Shown one piece after another: positions 1 to 9,399 of a DNA stretch of 55,732 nt (its first letter is position 1; the number at the start of each line of letters is the position of its first letter). The notes under the pieces are model-generated. The model did not search any database, was not told where the DNA came from, and was given only the letters and a program-made list of their open reading frames with translations. The translations under genes and the position numbers were made by a program. Source of the stretch: an uncultured virus (IMG/VR IMGVR_UViG_3300028277_000001) (taxonomy: Duplodnaviria; Heunggongvirae; Uroviricota; Caudoviricetes); IMG/VR virus record IMGVR_UViG_3300028277_000001, positions 62,001-117,732 of that record; one strand, 5' to 3'.

Positions 1-1
1 C

Positions 2-250
2 ATCAAGTTCATAAGCATAATGAATTAAATATCCTTTCAATTCAGGATCATCGACCAACATATTATCTTTATCATAAATTGCATAATCTACTAATTCCTG
101 AGTGTCTTTGTCAAGAGGCAAATGACTCGTAATCAAAACATCATACCCAAAAGATTTAAACTGTTTTATAAATTTATGACATACAGACTTTCTTTCTTCA
201 TCAGACAAATAAGCATGTATCAAAATTATTTCATTTGTTTTGTCTATCAT
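2..250 (-). CDS. Hypothetical protein, N-terminal part only (runs off the window edge); possibly glycosyltransferase-associated
   Basis: Own translation from ATG at 250: MIDKTNEIILIHAYLSDEERKSVCHKFIKQFKSFGYDVLITSHLPLDKDTQELVDYAIYDKDN..., open to the edge and starting 6 nt after the previous stop. Confidence 0.7.
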   Translation of the reverse strand, partial: MIDKTNEIILIHAYLSDEERKSVCHKFIKQFKSFGYDVLITSHLPLDKDTQELVDYAIYDKDNMLVDDPELKGYLIHYAYELD

Positions 251-255
251 ATGTT

Positions 256-726
256 TTAAATGTTATTTTGTTGCATTATCCACCCAACTAAAGAATATTT
301 TATTCCTTTTAAAACAGGCTTTACTCTATGTTCTAATTTCGAATCAAACCTAAGACAATCTCCCACACTCAATTCTATGGAATCACTGTCTTTAATTTCA
401 AAAGATCCTCCTCGATATTCAGCATTTAAAGGTATAACACATGTTTCTATTCTTTTACAAGTTGACCGAGCAGTATCAAAATCGTTATGCCAATGATAAT
501 AATTTAACTTAGAATATTCTGAAAACTGAAATACCATATTAGAACTATTAAATTTTTTTTCCAATTCAAAATCATTTAACCAAATAAAAACCTTAGATCT
601 TCTTTCATCAGAAAATTCACTATTTACAACTCTAGCAAAACGAACCTTTTTTCTACAAGATACGATAAGATCAAAACATTCTTCTTTTGTCAATAAGTTT
701 CTAATAATCTGTATTTTTTTGTCCAT
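256..726 (-). CDS. 2OG-Fe(II) oxygenase (prolyl-4-hydroxylase-like)
   Basis: HxD (WHND), YRGG, distal H in EHRVKPV, KYSLVGW C-terminal strand. Confidence 0.85.
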   Translation of the reverse strand: MDKKIQIIRNLLTKEECFDLIVSCRKKVRFARVVNSEFSDERRSKVFIWLNDFELEKKFNSSNMVFQFSEYSKLNYYHWHNDFDTARSTCKRIETCVIPLNAEYRGGSFEIKDSDSIELSVGDCLRFDSKLEHRVKPVLKGIKYSLVGWIMQQNNI

Positions 727-1256
727 TCTTCTGTTTTCATTGCAGGCGCAAAATCATGATTAAATAAACAAATTGAATGTTCCAATTCGTCTCTATTCCA
801 AGGATAAGACCAACACACTTTATCATAAATTTTATAATCTATTTCTCTGTAAATATATTCATCGATGCCTTTCCAATATTTTACTCTGCTATAATCTTCA
901 TCTTCATAAAATTTATCATAAATATGAACATGATTTCCCTTCCACGACATTATTGAAGAGTTTAAAGGGGTATGAAGCGAATCTCTCCACCAGGCAGTAA
1001 GAAGAGTAAAATCGTCTTTAATTAAATGAGATATGGGACCCTTAATAATTATATCTAAATCGAAATATAAATAATTTACATCATTAACACATTCTTTAAA
1101 CATTTGCAATTTATCAAAAACAGCACCTTCTCCATCTCTTATTATATAAACGTTTTCATATTTCAATTTTCCATGTTCACGAATCATATGAAGAATATTA
1201 TCAACATACCACTCATCATATTTATTTCCCGTACATACGAGAACAACGGTTACCAT
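690..1256 (-). CDS. GT-A-fold glycosyltransferase-like protein
   Basis: VCTGNKY..YV N-terminus, YFDLD (DxD), NSSIMSW; paralog of 2480..3205. Confidence 0.7.
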   Translation of the reverse strand: MVTVVLVCTGNKYDEWYVDNILHMIREHGKLKYENVYIIRDGEGAVFDKLQMFKECVNDVNYLYFDLDIIIKGPISHLIKDDFTLLTAWWRDSLHTPLNSSIMSWKGNHVHIYDKFYEDEDYSRVKYWKGIDEYIYREIDYKIYDKVCWSYPWNRDELEHSICLFNHDFAPAMKTEEWTKKYRLLETY

Positions 1257-2104
1257 TTCCCTATCACCATAAATCTGTCATATAACGGTAAGGAGCGTTT
1301 TCCTTTATATAAAACATCTTTAATTTGATTTTTTTCAACCAACTCATTAACATCTTTTACACAATTTATATGATCATCTAACTCAAAATAATTATTTGAT
1401 TGTATTGCTATAGTAGGTTTTATTGGATAATCTTTATAGCAGTCTTTCATTAAAGCAATATCAGCCATATGTTCTGAAGAAGTGTTTATTATTAATTGCC
1501 GTCTTCTCAATTCTGTACGTTCAAAAAAATCTCCAAATTGTGCAATTTTAAATTTTTCATCAAAGTGATTTTTATACTGTGCAAATATTTTATGACAATT
1601 TTCATCCAAATCATATAAATCAATTTGAGATATGTTGAAATTTTTCGACAACATTTCAATTAATGGATATCCAAACCACGAACCGATTATATCAATATGA
1701 AGATCCCCCGAATATTGTATTTTTTTTAGTTCTTGAGAAAGCCACAATTTAGATTCATATTGACCTTGAGATACGGAATCATCAAAATTATTAGAATACG
1801 ACGGCAGATTATTATTAACCCACTGATTAACCCAATAATATGGAGTTTCTCGATTATCATTTTCACACATAGAAATTTTTTCTTTATGTTCTCCAATAGT
1901 ATCTCTAATCGAACCAATTTCTGTATTGTGTTCTCCAATAGTATCTCTAATCGAACCAATTTCTGTATTGTGTTTTCCGATTTCTGTATTGTGTTCTCCA
2001 ATAGTGTCTTTAATCAAACCAATTTGATCATTATAAGATCCTATTTCAATATTATGAAGACTTATATCGTTTTTATTTTTTCGCCAATTATAAATTTGTT
2101 CCAT
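1250..2104 (-). CDS. Class I SAM-dependent methyltransferase-like protein with N-terminal heptad repeats
   Basis: IDIIGSWFG (motif I-like), YDLDE, INTSSEHM, QSNNY; start moved to MEQIY (2104) to limit overlap. Confidence 0.65.
   Translation of the reverse strand: MEQIYNWRKNKNDISLHNIEIGSYNDQIGLIKDTIGEHNTEIGKHNTEIGSIRDTIGEHNTEIGSIRDTIGEHKEKISMCENDNRETPYYWVNQWVNNNLPSYSNNFDDSVSQGQYESKLWLSQELKKIQYSGDLHIDIIGSWFGYPLIEMLSKNFNISQIDLYDLDENCHKIFAQYKNHFDEKFKIAQFGDFFERTELRRRQLIINTSSEHMADIALMKDCYKDYPIKPTIAIQSNNYFELDDHINCVKDVNELVEKNQIKDVLYKGKRSLPLYDRFMVIGKW
1887..2025. repeat. Intragenic tandem repeat (21/42-bp period) encoding GEHNTEI/GSIRDTI heptads
   Basis: Two exact 42-bp copies tgttctccaatagtatctctaatcgaaccaatttctgtattg (1887-1928, 1929-1970), one 21-bp unit, then a diverged partial copy. 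Confidence 0.9.
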
Positions 2105-2507
2105 ATACACAATATTGTTTATATTTTTTATTTTTACATTGTATTTCGAATGAATCAAAAACTTCTGTTAATTCATTATCATCGACCAGTTTATTAATCG
2201 AACAAATAGGATTACAATCACCATTATGTTCTTTATCATCACCTTTTAAAATGAAAATTCCTTTATGCATTCGACCCACAGGATATGTTTTTTCACAATT
2301 ATAATGTAATACACAAGTATGCAATTTAACATCATCAAACACAAAATCATTACACCTAACATTTGACATATATCTAAAATTAATATCATAATTTATATTA
2401 TCAATTTCCATATCCAATCCCCTCAAAGTCTTGATAAACTTAAAATTGGGACAACATAATACAGATATTTTTTCGTGATTTACAGCCCAATAGAATAAGT
2501 TTTCCAT
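2088..2507 (-). CDS. Hypothetical protein, degenerate paralog of the adjacent methyltransferase-like C-terminal half
   Basis: HYNCEK..ILKGDD..DCNPICSINKLVDDN..YCVYG parallels NTSSEH..IQSNN..HINCVKDVNELVEKN..FMVIG. Confidence 0.5.
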   Translation of the reverse strand: MENLFYWAVNHEKISVLCCPNFKFIKTLRGLDMEIDNINYDINFRYMSNVRCNDFVFDDVKLHTCVLHYNCEKTYPVGRMHKGIFILKGDDKEHNGDCNPICSINKLVDDNELTEVFDSFEIQCKNKKYKQYCVYGTNL

Positions 2508-3205
2508 AATTCCTGTACAGGTGATTCATGTAATTCATAGTGTTTGATATCTTTCATATTTTTATTATTGAAAAGATGAGATGTATTGAACAATGTCACT
2601 TTATTTTTTAATTGATATTGTTCTTTATTATAGTTTGAAAATAGGTCTTTTTCCCACAAATTCAATTTATTATTTCTATGATGCTGATAAAACAAATATT
2701 TGTCTAAACTTTTATATGTCCATTTTATCTTTTCCCAATTATTTTTAGTATAAGTTAAAAGCCAAGAAGCTGTCCCTTTATCCCATGCAACAAATGATGA
2801 GTTTGTATGACAAGACACTCCGCGACCATAATTGAATAAACTAATTTTTTCATAATCATTCCAATAGTTCCATATAAATGTAATATTATGATGTTTTCTT
2901 GTTATCAATTCGGTTATATCTTCATGAACCAATACATCTAAATCTATCCAAATATTTTTATCATATTCGTCATTATCAATAAGAAATAATTTTTCATATG
3001 TAAAAACTCTCTTTGTATCATATGGCCTAAGTTCTTGTATATCCTTTGTTTCGATTCTAGAAGATATTCCTCTAGAATCATCAGTATAGCACACAAAATG
3101 AAATGGAACTCGACAATATTTCAACAATCCACCATACGTTCTATTAACATAATCAAAATTATATTTTGTACCCCACTTGAGACAATTAATTTTAATCTTA
3201 TTCAT
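2480..3205 (-). CDS. GT-A-fold glycosyltransferase-like protein
   Basis: CLKWGTKY..YVNR, FVCYTDD, WIDLD, NSSFVAW; start taken at MNKIK (3205), overlapping the upstream stop. Confidence 0.75.
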   Translation of the reverse strand: MNKIKINCLKWGTKYNFDYVNRTYGGLLKYCRVPFHFVCYTDDSRGISSRIETKDIQELRPYDTKRVFTYEKLFLIDNDEYDKNIWIDLDVLVHEDITELITRKHHNITFIWNYWNDYEKISLFNYGRGVSCHTNSSFVAWDKGTASWLLTYTKNNWEKIKWTYKSLDKYLFYQHHRNNKLNLWEKDLFSNYNKEQYQLKNKVTLFNTSHLFNNKNMKDIKHYELHESPVQELWKTYSIGL

Positions 3206-4031
3206 AGATAAACAATGGCTCCATTTTTTTGAACGACTCATCAGGATCATCATATGGCACGTCTTTGACAAACCAAGATTTATCAATTTTATTATACATT
3301 ATAACATCATAAACTAATTGGGCAAACTTCATGTTTTGTTCTGATGTCATGTGATTTAATAAAAAAATATCACTGTTGGACGCTTGACCAACTATATGCC
3401 CAATGGGAATTTTCACATAATCAAAATTACTCGAATCCAAAGAATCAAATATTAACGAATTCAATAATTTGGTAGAGGTTATATTAAAATTTTTATAATA
3501 ACTTATATAATGATCTAAACTAAAACAAGTGAAAACTATAAATCTAATATTTTTAAAGTTGTTAGCTATTAATCGCAAAAAAGAAATATTTTTTACATTT
3601 TCATACAAAAACATTGGTCCTAAAGATTGTGCAATAATTTTAATTTCATTACCAAGTTTTAAAATACTTTCGAAGTTCTGAGACGTGTTCCCCGCAACTT
3701 TTTTCATGAAATGAGCATCTCCCGCATAATCATCTTCTGCTATTTGAAAAATACCATAAGCCGAATCATTTTTATTTTTCAAAAACGAAAAGTTTAGTCT
3801 TTTTTGATCTGACAAAGCCACAAATACTGTATCATGCGGTTTAATAAGTTCTTCTTCTAATTGAAAAACAAGTTTTGTTAAGGCATCATTGGGACCCGAT
3901 CCGGCCTTCCCAAAACCCCGCACGTTTTCCTTTTTCAATACTGACAATCGATGAGGCCAACAACATTTGTCTGTAACATTTTCACAAATACAAGCAAAAC
4001 TATCTCCAAAAATATGAATTGTCATTTCCAC
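3198..4031 (-). CDS. SGNH/GDSL hydrolase-like protein
   Basis: IFGDSF block I, GSGP block II, C-terminal NH. Confidence 0.65.
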   Translation of the reverse strand: MEMTIHIFGDSFACICENVTDKCCWPHRLSVLKKENVRGFGKAGSGPNDALTKLVFQLEEELIKPHDTVFVALSDQKRLNFSFLKNKNDSAYGIFQIAEDDYAGDAHFMKKVAGNTSQNFESILKLGNEIKIIAQSLGPMFLYENVKNISFLRLIANNFKNIRFIVFTCFSLDHYISYYKNFNITSTKLLNSLIFDSLDSSNFDYVKIPIGHIVGQASNSDIFLLNHMTSEQNMKFAQLVYDVIMYNKIDKSWFVKDVPYDDPDESFKKMEPLFIYE

Positions 4032-5062
4032 TGATCTCCAAATGTATCAAACCCTGTACCGCATTTTTCTGCACACACTATTGATTTTCCCTGTGAACAA
4101 GAACTCATATTCCAAGACTGTTCTATTTTTCTGAAAAAACTTCCTTCTATTATTTCATTTAATGGTTTATATAAAGCATTAATGTTTTTAATATCATCTA
4201 GATAATACCATATCTGGTTCTGTCCTAATTGTTCATATAATTTATATAATTTTCCAGCAGTCCAACAACAGGGGGTAACCAATCCCTCTGCTGAAATATA
4301 AATTTCTCTTGACTTTAAAGATTTACATTCTATTCCAGTACTGTCTAAATAATTTTGAAAAGTGCCGTGATAGTTAAGCAGTTTATCATATTCGTTTACA
4401 CTTTTATTTTGATGTTCTTTTTTGATTGGAGGCTTAATTTCATTTCCTTTAATAGTTGTTTTTTTGAATATTTTATCATCTTTATAGCTTTGAACCCATC
4501 TACCAGTTTTTTTCTTTATAAAATCAAGACCGAATAATTTAGCCATACGTTCTGCTTCTTCCACTTGATGCTCATTGTGTTCAAATATCAAAAACACCCA
4601 AACACCTTTTCCGCCTGCTTGCGTAAACACATCCATTGAATTTTCAACTCGGGCCCAATCAACATTTACTCGATATAAATGATTCGTATCATCCAAACCA
4701 TCTACCGAAAAAGACACTCTACCGTGATGTCCAAAAATTCCTGCAAGTCTTTTCCACCAATCATCTGATCGTCCTCCAGCATTTGTAGTCATATGAAGAT
4801 ATAAGTCTTTATTATTATATCGCAACCATTCATATATGTCAAGGGAGTCTTTTGCCGCCAGGGGGTCTCCATGATTGCCACACATGAGAAAACTAGTCAA
4901 TTGTTGTGCTAAACTAACATCGATAATTTGTTTAAATTGATCAATAGAAATTTCAGCATTCTTTATGTGTGGATTATTGGTTCTATCACACATAGGACAC
5001 ATTGCTTGACATTTTTGTGTAGGCTCAAAATGTATATGTCTTATATCATTAAGTCTGTACAT
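4022..5062 (-). CDS. Radical SAM protein with C-terminal twitch/SPASM domain (type A)
   Basis: CQAMCPMC; CGNHGDP; SVDG; PCCW...CAEKC. Confidence 0.9.
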   Translation of the reverse strand: MYRLNDIRHIHFEPTQKCQAMCPMCDRTNNPHIKNAEISIDQFKQIIDVSLAQQLTSFLMCGNHGDPLAAKDSLDIYEWLRYNNKDLYLHMTTNAGGRSDDWWKRLAGIFGHHGRVSFSVDGLDDTNHLYRVNVDWARVENSMDVFTQAGGKGVWVFLIFEHNEHQVEEAERMAKLFGLDFIKKKTGRWVQSYKDDKIFKKTTIKGNEIKPPIKKEHQNKSVNEYDKLLNYHGTFQNYLDSTGIECKSLKSREIYISAEGLVTPCCWTAGKLYKLYEQLGQNQIWYYLDDIKNINALYKPLNEIIEGSFFRKIEQSWNMSSCSQGKSIVCAEKCGTGFDTFGDQWK

Positions 5063-5844
5063 AAATCTTTCGCTTTTTCTAAACAGCTATCAAATCTAGG
5101 AGAACTAAAGTGCCCCTGATTATTAATCTCTTCATTGATATCTATATTTGTGGTATGTGCTATAGTATCAATATTCATTGCTCTAGATAAATGAGTCCAC
5201 ATTCCTTCTGTAGCAAAAATAAAATCAGACATTTGTAATATTTCTACATTTCTAGAATAGTTAAAATCCTCTAAAGGAAAAAATGTTATTTCTGGAAACT
5301 TTCTAATCAAAAAGTCTATCTTCATTCTTTGTTTTTTAGTTACTATATCTTGATTTTTATCATACACCAGATAACAAACTTTTTTTCTTTTTTCTCTAAT
5401 ATCAAAATCAATAGGCCAATACGATCCATCAGTCCATATTTTATTGTACAGCATATTAAAAGTATTATTATAGTAATTACACCCTGTCGGAAGAGATATT
5501 TTTTTAAAATCTTTATCGTAAGTATTCTCGTAGGTATTTTCAATCATTACATGAGCGTCTTGCCATGATATTTTTTTCTTTAAATGCACAGTTGTAATTT
5601 TATTTTTAGGTCTTTTAAACTGAAAAAAATCAATTATTTGATAAAAATCTTCACATAAAAGTTTCTTTGGCTTTGGATGAACGTCCAGTGATTCACACAT
5701 ATAAACGACACTATCACGTTCAAAATAATCCATTACACTTAGAAATGCAGAAACATATACGAACCTATCTCCAAGCCCCCCGTCATTCGGGACAAAATAA
5801 AAAGTTAAAGGATCAGACAAAGAGGATTTATGGAAAACATTCAT
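5041..5844 (-). CDS. Hypothetical protein, GT-B glycosyltransferase-like (GT9/GT11-like motifs)
   Basis: GGLGDR near the N-terminus; SDFIFATEGMWTHLSRAM resembles the GT9 C-terminal motif. Confidence 0.45.
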   Translation of the reverse strand: MNVFHKSSLSDPLTFYFVPNDGGLGDRFVYVSAFLSVMDYFERDSVVYMCESLDVHPKPKKLLCEDFYQIIDFFQFKRPKNKITTVHLKKKISWQDAHVMIENTYENTYDKDFKKISLPTGCNYYNNTFNMLYNKIWTDGSYWPIDFDIREKRKKVCYLVYDKNQDIVTKKQRMKIDFLIRKFPEITFFPLEDFNYSRNVEILQMSDFIFATEGMWTHLSRAMNIDTIAHTTNIDINEEINNQGHFSSPRFDSCLEKAKDLCTDLMI

Positions 5845-6022
5845 ATTTTTTTACATACCATTTAATAACATTTTTATAAAATTGCTGGCTATCATGATCT
5901 GCTTTGAATTGTTTTATGAAGGCACTTGTTGCATTATGATTTGATAATATTATTGAAGAAATGTTTTGCAATTCTCGTAAAGAATAATCTTGTATGATAT
6001 TATCGATTATTTTTTCGTTCAT
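5828..6022 (-). CDS. Small hypothetical protein (64 aa)
   Basis: Fills the gap between coupled minus-strand genes. Confidence 0.6.
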   Translation of the reverse strand: MNEKIIDNIIQDYSLRELQNISSIILSNHNATSAFIKQFKADHDSQQFYKNVIKWYVKKYECFP

Positions 6023-6038
6023 AATTTTCTAAAACAAT

Positions 6039-7112
6039 TTATGAGCATTTCCATAAAGGCAATGAGCAATTTAATTTCTTTTTTGGAATTTTGCTATCTG
6101 CAGAACTCACACACGCATCCGTAATACAAGGTTTTACATCATTAAATAATTTAAATCCTGTTTCAATATTTCCTAAAGGAACATCTCTGCAAGAATAAGA
6201 TCGCTTAATGCTCCCATCAGGCTCACGAATAATACAACTACGATAGCCAGAAGAACACATCCATTCTTTGAAATTATTAAAATTAAACGCATTGAACCTT
6301 TCAGATTGATCAAGATACCATTCATTTCCCTCATCATCATTCATCACAATTTCAAATTCTTGACGAATATTTTTGAGTTTTTTTGATTTAACTTCCATAT
6401 TTGTAATCTGAGGCATTCCATTATGTAGTATATGTATTTGTTCTTTTGTATATCCATCAACAACAAACGTTGCGGTAGGATCACTCTGGGGTTTAAGCGT
6501 TACGTTTATACCTCGTTCATAAAAATAAAGCAGATTTTTATATGTTTCATCAAAAGTTTCTGGTATCATAACAGAATTAATTGTGACACGCACACCATTA
6601 CGTTGACAAAATTCAAGTTTATCAGCAAAACCCTCAAACTTGTCCAGATCAAGATATTCACGATGAAATGATGCGGTAATAGATGCTCTTGTAAATTTTT
6701 TAGCGGATTCGACATATCGTTCAAACCATTTCATAGGCCGAGAACAATTTGATGTCATATGTATAGAAGAATAATTAGTATTATGTACATCATCAGAAAG
6801 ATGCTTAAGTATGTCTAAATATCCTGGATGAAAAGTGGGTTCACCCCCAGATAAGCTAAAATGAAAACTATTAAACCCTCTCTGTCTCGCCTGTAATTTA
6901 ATTTCATCGATTGTTTCAAGACACAACTTAGTGGGCCTATGATCTTTCGTATTGCTTCTAGCATATGGCCAACAATACGAACATCTATAATTACAAAATC
7001 GACCTAACAGCCAGGACACTGTAAATAAGTCAGTATCCAACATTTTCCAGGTCCCAACTCGTTCAATTCTATCCCAAGGTATCTTGGTAAAATCATATTC
7101 ACTTAATTTCAT
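6039..7112 (-). CDS. Radical SAM protein with C-terminal Cys-rich domain (type C)
   Basis: WLLGRFCNYRCSYC; SGGEPT; C-terminal WMC..SC..PC..ACVSSAD. Confidence 0.9.
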   Translation of the reverse strand: MKLSEYDFTKIPWDRIERVGTWKMLDTDLFTVSWLLGRFCNYRCSYCWPYARSNTKDHRPTKLCLETIDEIKLQARQRGFNSFHFSLSGGEPTFHPGYLDILKHLSDDVHNTNYSSIHMTSNCSRPMKWFERYVESAKKFTRASITASFHREYLDLDKFEGFADKLEFCQRNGVRVTINSVMIPETFDETYKNLLYFYERGINVTLKPQSDPTATFVVDGYTKEQIHILHNGMPQITNMEVKSKKLKNIRQEFEIVMNDDEGNEWYLDQSERFNAFNFNNFKEWMCSSGYRSCIIREPDGSIKRSYSCRDVPLGNIETGFKLFNDVKPCITDACVSSADSKIPKKKLNCSLPLWKCS

Positions 7113-8461
7113 TTAACTCTTACTAATTCATTATTTTCAATTTGATAATTGTCATAATAATCATTAAAATTCTGACCCCAAATTTCATCTGATTTTTTTC
7201 GATATATCAAAAATCTATTAAAATTATTATAAGAAAGTTTTGTGTTTTTCACATAATGCACAATATAGTCGAGCCATATTTTTGCTTGTCTCTCATATAA
7301 TATATTACCCGTCATGTCTTTTTTTTCTATAAGTTCATAAGTTTTTTTAATATCGTGTTCTGTTTCTTCTGCAAAATCATACATGATCAAAGACGGATTT
7401 ATATACTTCGGAGTTTGCACAATAGACGCATTAAATTGTATTTCAGAATTTGGTTTATCAGTGGGAGGATATAAATCAAGTATTGAATCAAAAATATCAT
7501 ACAGATCTAGCATTTGATATATTGAAGTGGTTATTGATGCGCTTAAATAAGTATGTTTATTTTCTTTTTTAAAATTATATATATTTTGTTTCAGTTTTTC
7601 CCAATCACCACCATTTCTAAAATAAGGATACATTTTTCTTCCAGCATCAATAGATATGATTATAGACGAAGATTTAAAAGGAGCTAAAAGTTCTGATAAT
7701 TTTAAAACGTCTAAATTAGGAGAATTAAAATTTGAATGAAAACTAATATTCATATTTTTAGCATTAGGATGTTCGGCTAATCCTTTAAGCGTAGGAAAAA
7801 ACTGTTTTTGATATAACAATTCTCCTCCAGAAAAATCAATATACTCCAAATAGGGAAAATTTTCATTCAAATCATCAATGATTTTCAAAGCATCTTCTGT
7901 CGAAAGGCTCATTTCATTTTTATCATTCGGACCATGTCGATGTTCTGTTCCCAATAATTGTCTTAAATCATATTGATGCACTTCTTTATCAGGTTTATAA
8001 TTTAATAGTTTAGTAATCCACCCAGAAGAATAAACCTTAGAACAATGCAAACATGCAAAATTACATGCTGTGCTAAATCTTAATTCTAAATGCCTTAATC
8101 CCTTAAAATCAGTTTTATGATTATTTTTATCATAACATTTTAATAATGGAGTGTTACAACTTTCGCGGTTCAGCTCAGTTGTACCCCCGTGGCTTTTATG
8201 GAACCAACCATCTATCGGCAAATAATCTTTTCTCATAGAAATTAAATTATCTCGTTCCATATCTTCACATGTATCACAGCCTGACGGCCACTTGTCTTGA
8301 TATAGAAGTTCTCTGAGATTTCTAAAATTTTGATGATTAAATATTTCAGAAGGCAAAACAGTTTCATGTGTATAGACCAATTGATCTGATTGTCTAGGAC
8401 ATGTTGTAATCACGCCATTCTTATAATTTATTCCACCCAAAGCATAATAGCATTTTAACAT
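7109..8461 (-). CDS. Radical SAM protein with N-terminal twitch/SPASM domain (type B)
   Basis: N-terminal C..TTC..CDTC; CNFACLHC; SGGE; SIDA. Confidence 0.9.
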   Translation of the reverse strand: MLKCYYALGGINYKNGVITTCPRQSDQLVYTHETVLPSEIFNHQNFRNLRELLYQDKWPSGCDTCEDMERDNLISMRKDYLPIDGWFHKSHGGTTELNRESCNTPLLKCYDKNNHKTDFKGLRHLELRFSTACNFACLHCSKVYSSGWITKLLNYKPDKEVHQYDLRQLLGTEHRHGPNDKNEMSLSTEDALKIIDDLNENFPYLEYIDFSGGELLYQKQFFPTLKGLAEHPNAKNMNISFHSNFNSPNLDVLKLSELLAPFKSSSIIISIDAGRKMYPYFRNGGDWEKLKQNIYNFKKENKHTYLSASITTSIYQMLDLYDIFDSILDLYPPTDKPNSEIQFNASIVQTPKYINPSLIMYDFAEETEHDIKKTYELIEKKDMTGNILYERQAKIWLDYIVHYVKNTKLSYNNFNRFLIYRKKSDEIWGQNFNDYYDNYQIENNELVRVK

Positions 8462-9399
8462 TAAAATTCTTCATCTATAAATACATCTTGATTAGATTGC
8501 TTGCACGTAGTCCAACATTTTTCCATCGGATTTTTGTTCCAAGAGTTTATTACATAATCATATAATTCTCCCGTCATTACTTCATCAGGAGTATTATATT
8601 TTAAATTAATTTCAAGAGGCCCTCCCAATTCTTGATACTTTTTCATAAATCTAGTTTCTATTTCGTTACCACCATAGACCTGTAAATATTCAGAATTAAA
8701 AAAACAACATGGCAATAATGCTCCAGTATGACTTAAAAAAATTCTTTTTTGATTTCCATATTTACACACTATTTTATGTTCCATCTTTCTAGTTTTAGTC
8801 TTTGATTCTTTATTATCATTTCTATGGGAATATATCAATCTGAAATTTTCAAATCCTTCTTCTTTTGCTATTCGTTTTGCATCATCTATCAAATGCTCAT
8901 TATGTTCAAATGCTATAAATTGCCAAGTCGCATGTCCTCCTGCTTTTATAAATTCTTTCCAATTTTCTTGGATTTTTTTATAATTAGAACCTATTCTATA
9001 TTTTTCTAATGATTTTTGATCAACCCCGTCGATACCAAAAAATATAGATATTCTTCTTTCTCCTAAATTTTTCCAAAATTTCTTAGTTTTGGTTGAACCA
9101 TTAGTTGATATGTTTATATTTACATCATCTAAATAATCTAAAATTTCTAATAATTCAGGATGCAATGTTGGTTCATCTATTGATCCACAAAAATTTATCA
9201 ACTTGCAATTAGGAAAAGTTTTCTTTGTAATCCATTTTTTAATTTGTTTGAGTGATATTACATCTTTATTTAAAACACTGTTTACTTTGTTTCTTTTAAT
9301 TTGACGAAAACATCCAGGACAATCAATATTACAATATGATGTCAATTCTATATCAATCCACTCAATCGTGTCTCTAGACCACATAAACTCTCTTTCCAA
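8461..9399 (-). CDS. Radical SAM protein with C-terminal twitch/SPASM (type A)
   Basis: CNIDCPGC; CGSIDEP; TNG; GIDG; PCCF..CWTTC. Confidence 0.9.
   Translation of the reverse strand: MEREFMWSRDTIEWIDIELTSYCNIDCPGCFRQIKRNKVNSVLNKDVISLKQIKKWITKKTFPNCKLINFCGSIDEPTLHPELLEILDYLDDVNINISTNGSTKTKKFWKNLGERRISIFFGIDGVDQKSLEKYRIGSNYKKIQENWKEFIKAGGHATWQFIAFEHNEHLIDDAKRIAKEEGFENFRLIYSHRNDNKESKTKTRKMEHKIVCKYGNQKRIFLSHTGALLPCCFFNSEYLQVYGGNEIETRFMKKYQELGGPLEINLKYNTPDEVMTGELYDYVINSWNKNPMEKCWTTCKQSNQDVFIDEEF

Noticed and set aside
1887..2025. Tandem repeat as a CRISPR array
   Set aside because: No unique spacers; in-frame 21/42-bp coding repeat
5828..6022. Small ORF as RiPP precursor peptide for the radical SAM/SPASM enzymes
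   Set aside because: No leader/core pattern, repeats or Cys/Trp motif, and no PqqD/RRE, peptidase or exporter recognised; cannot be supported, though a substrate outside the window is not excluded
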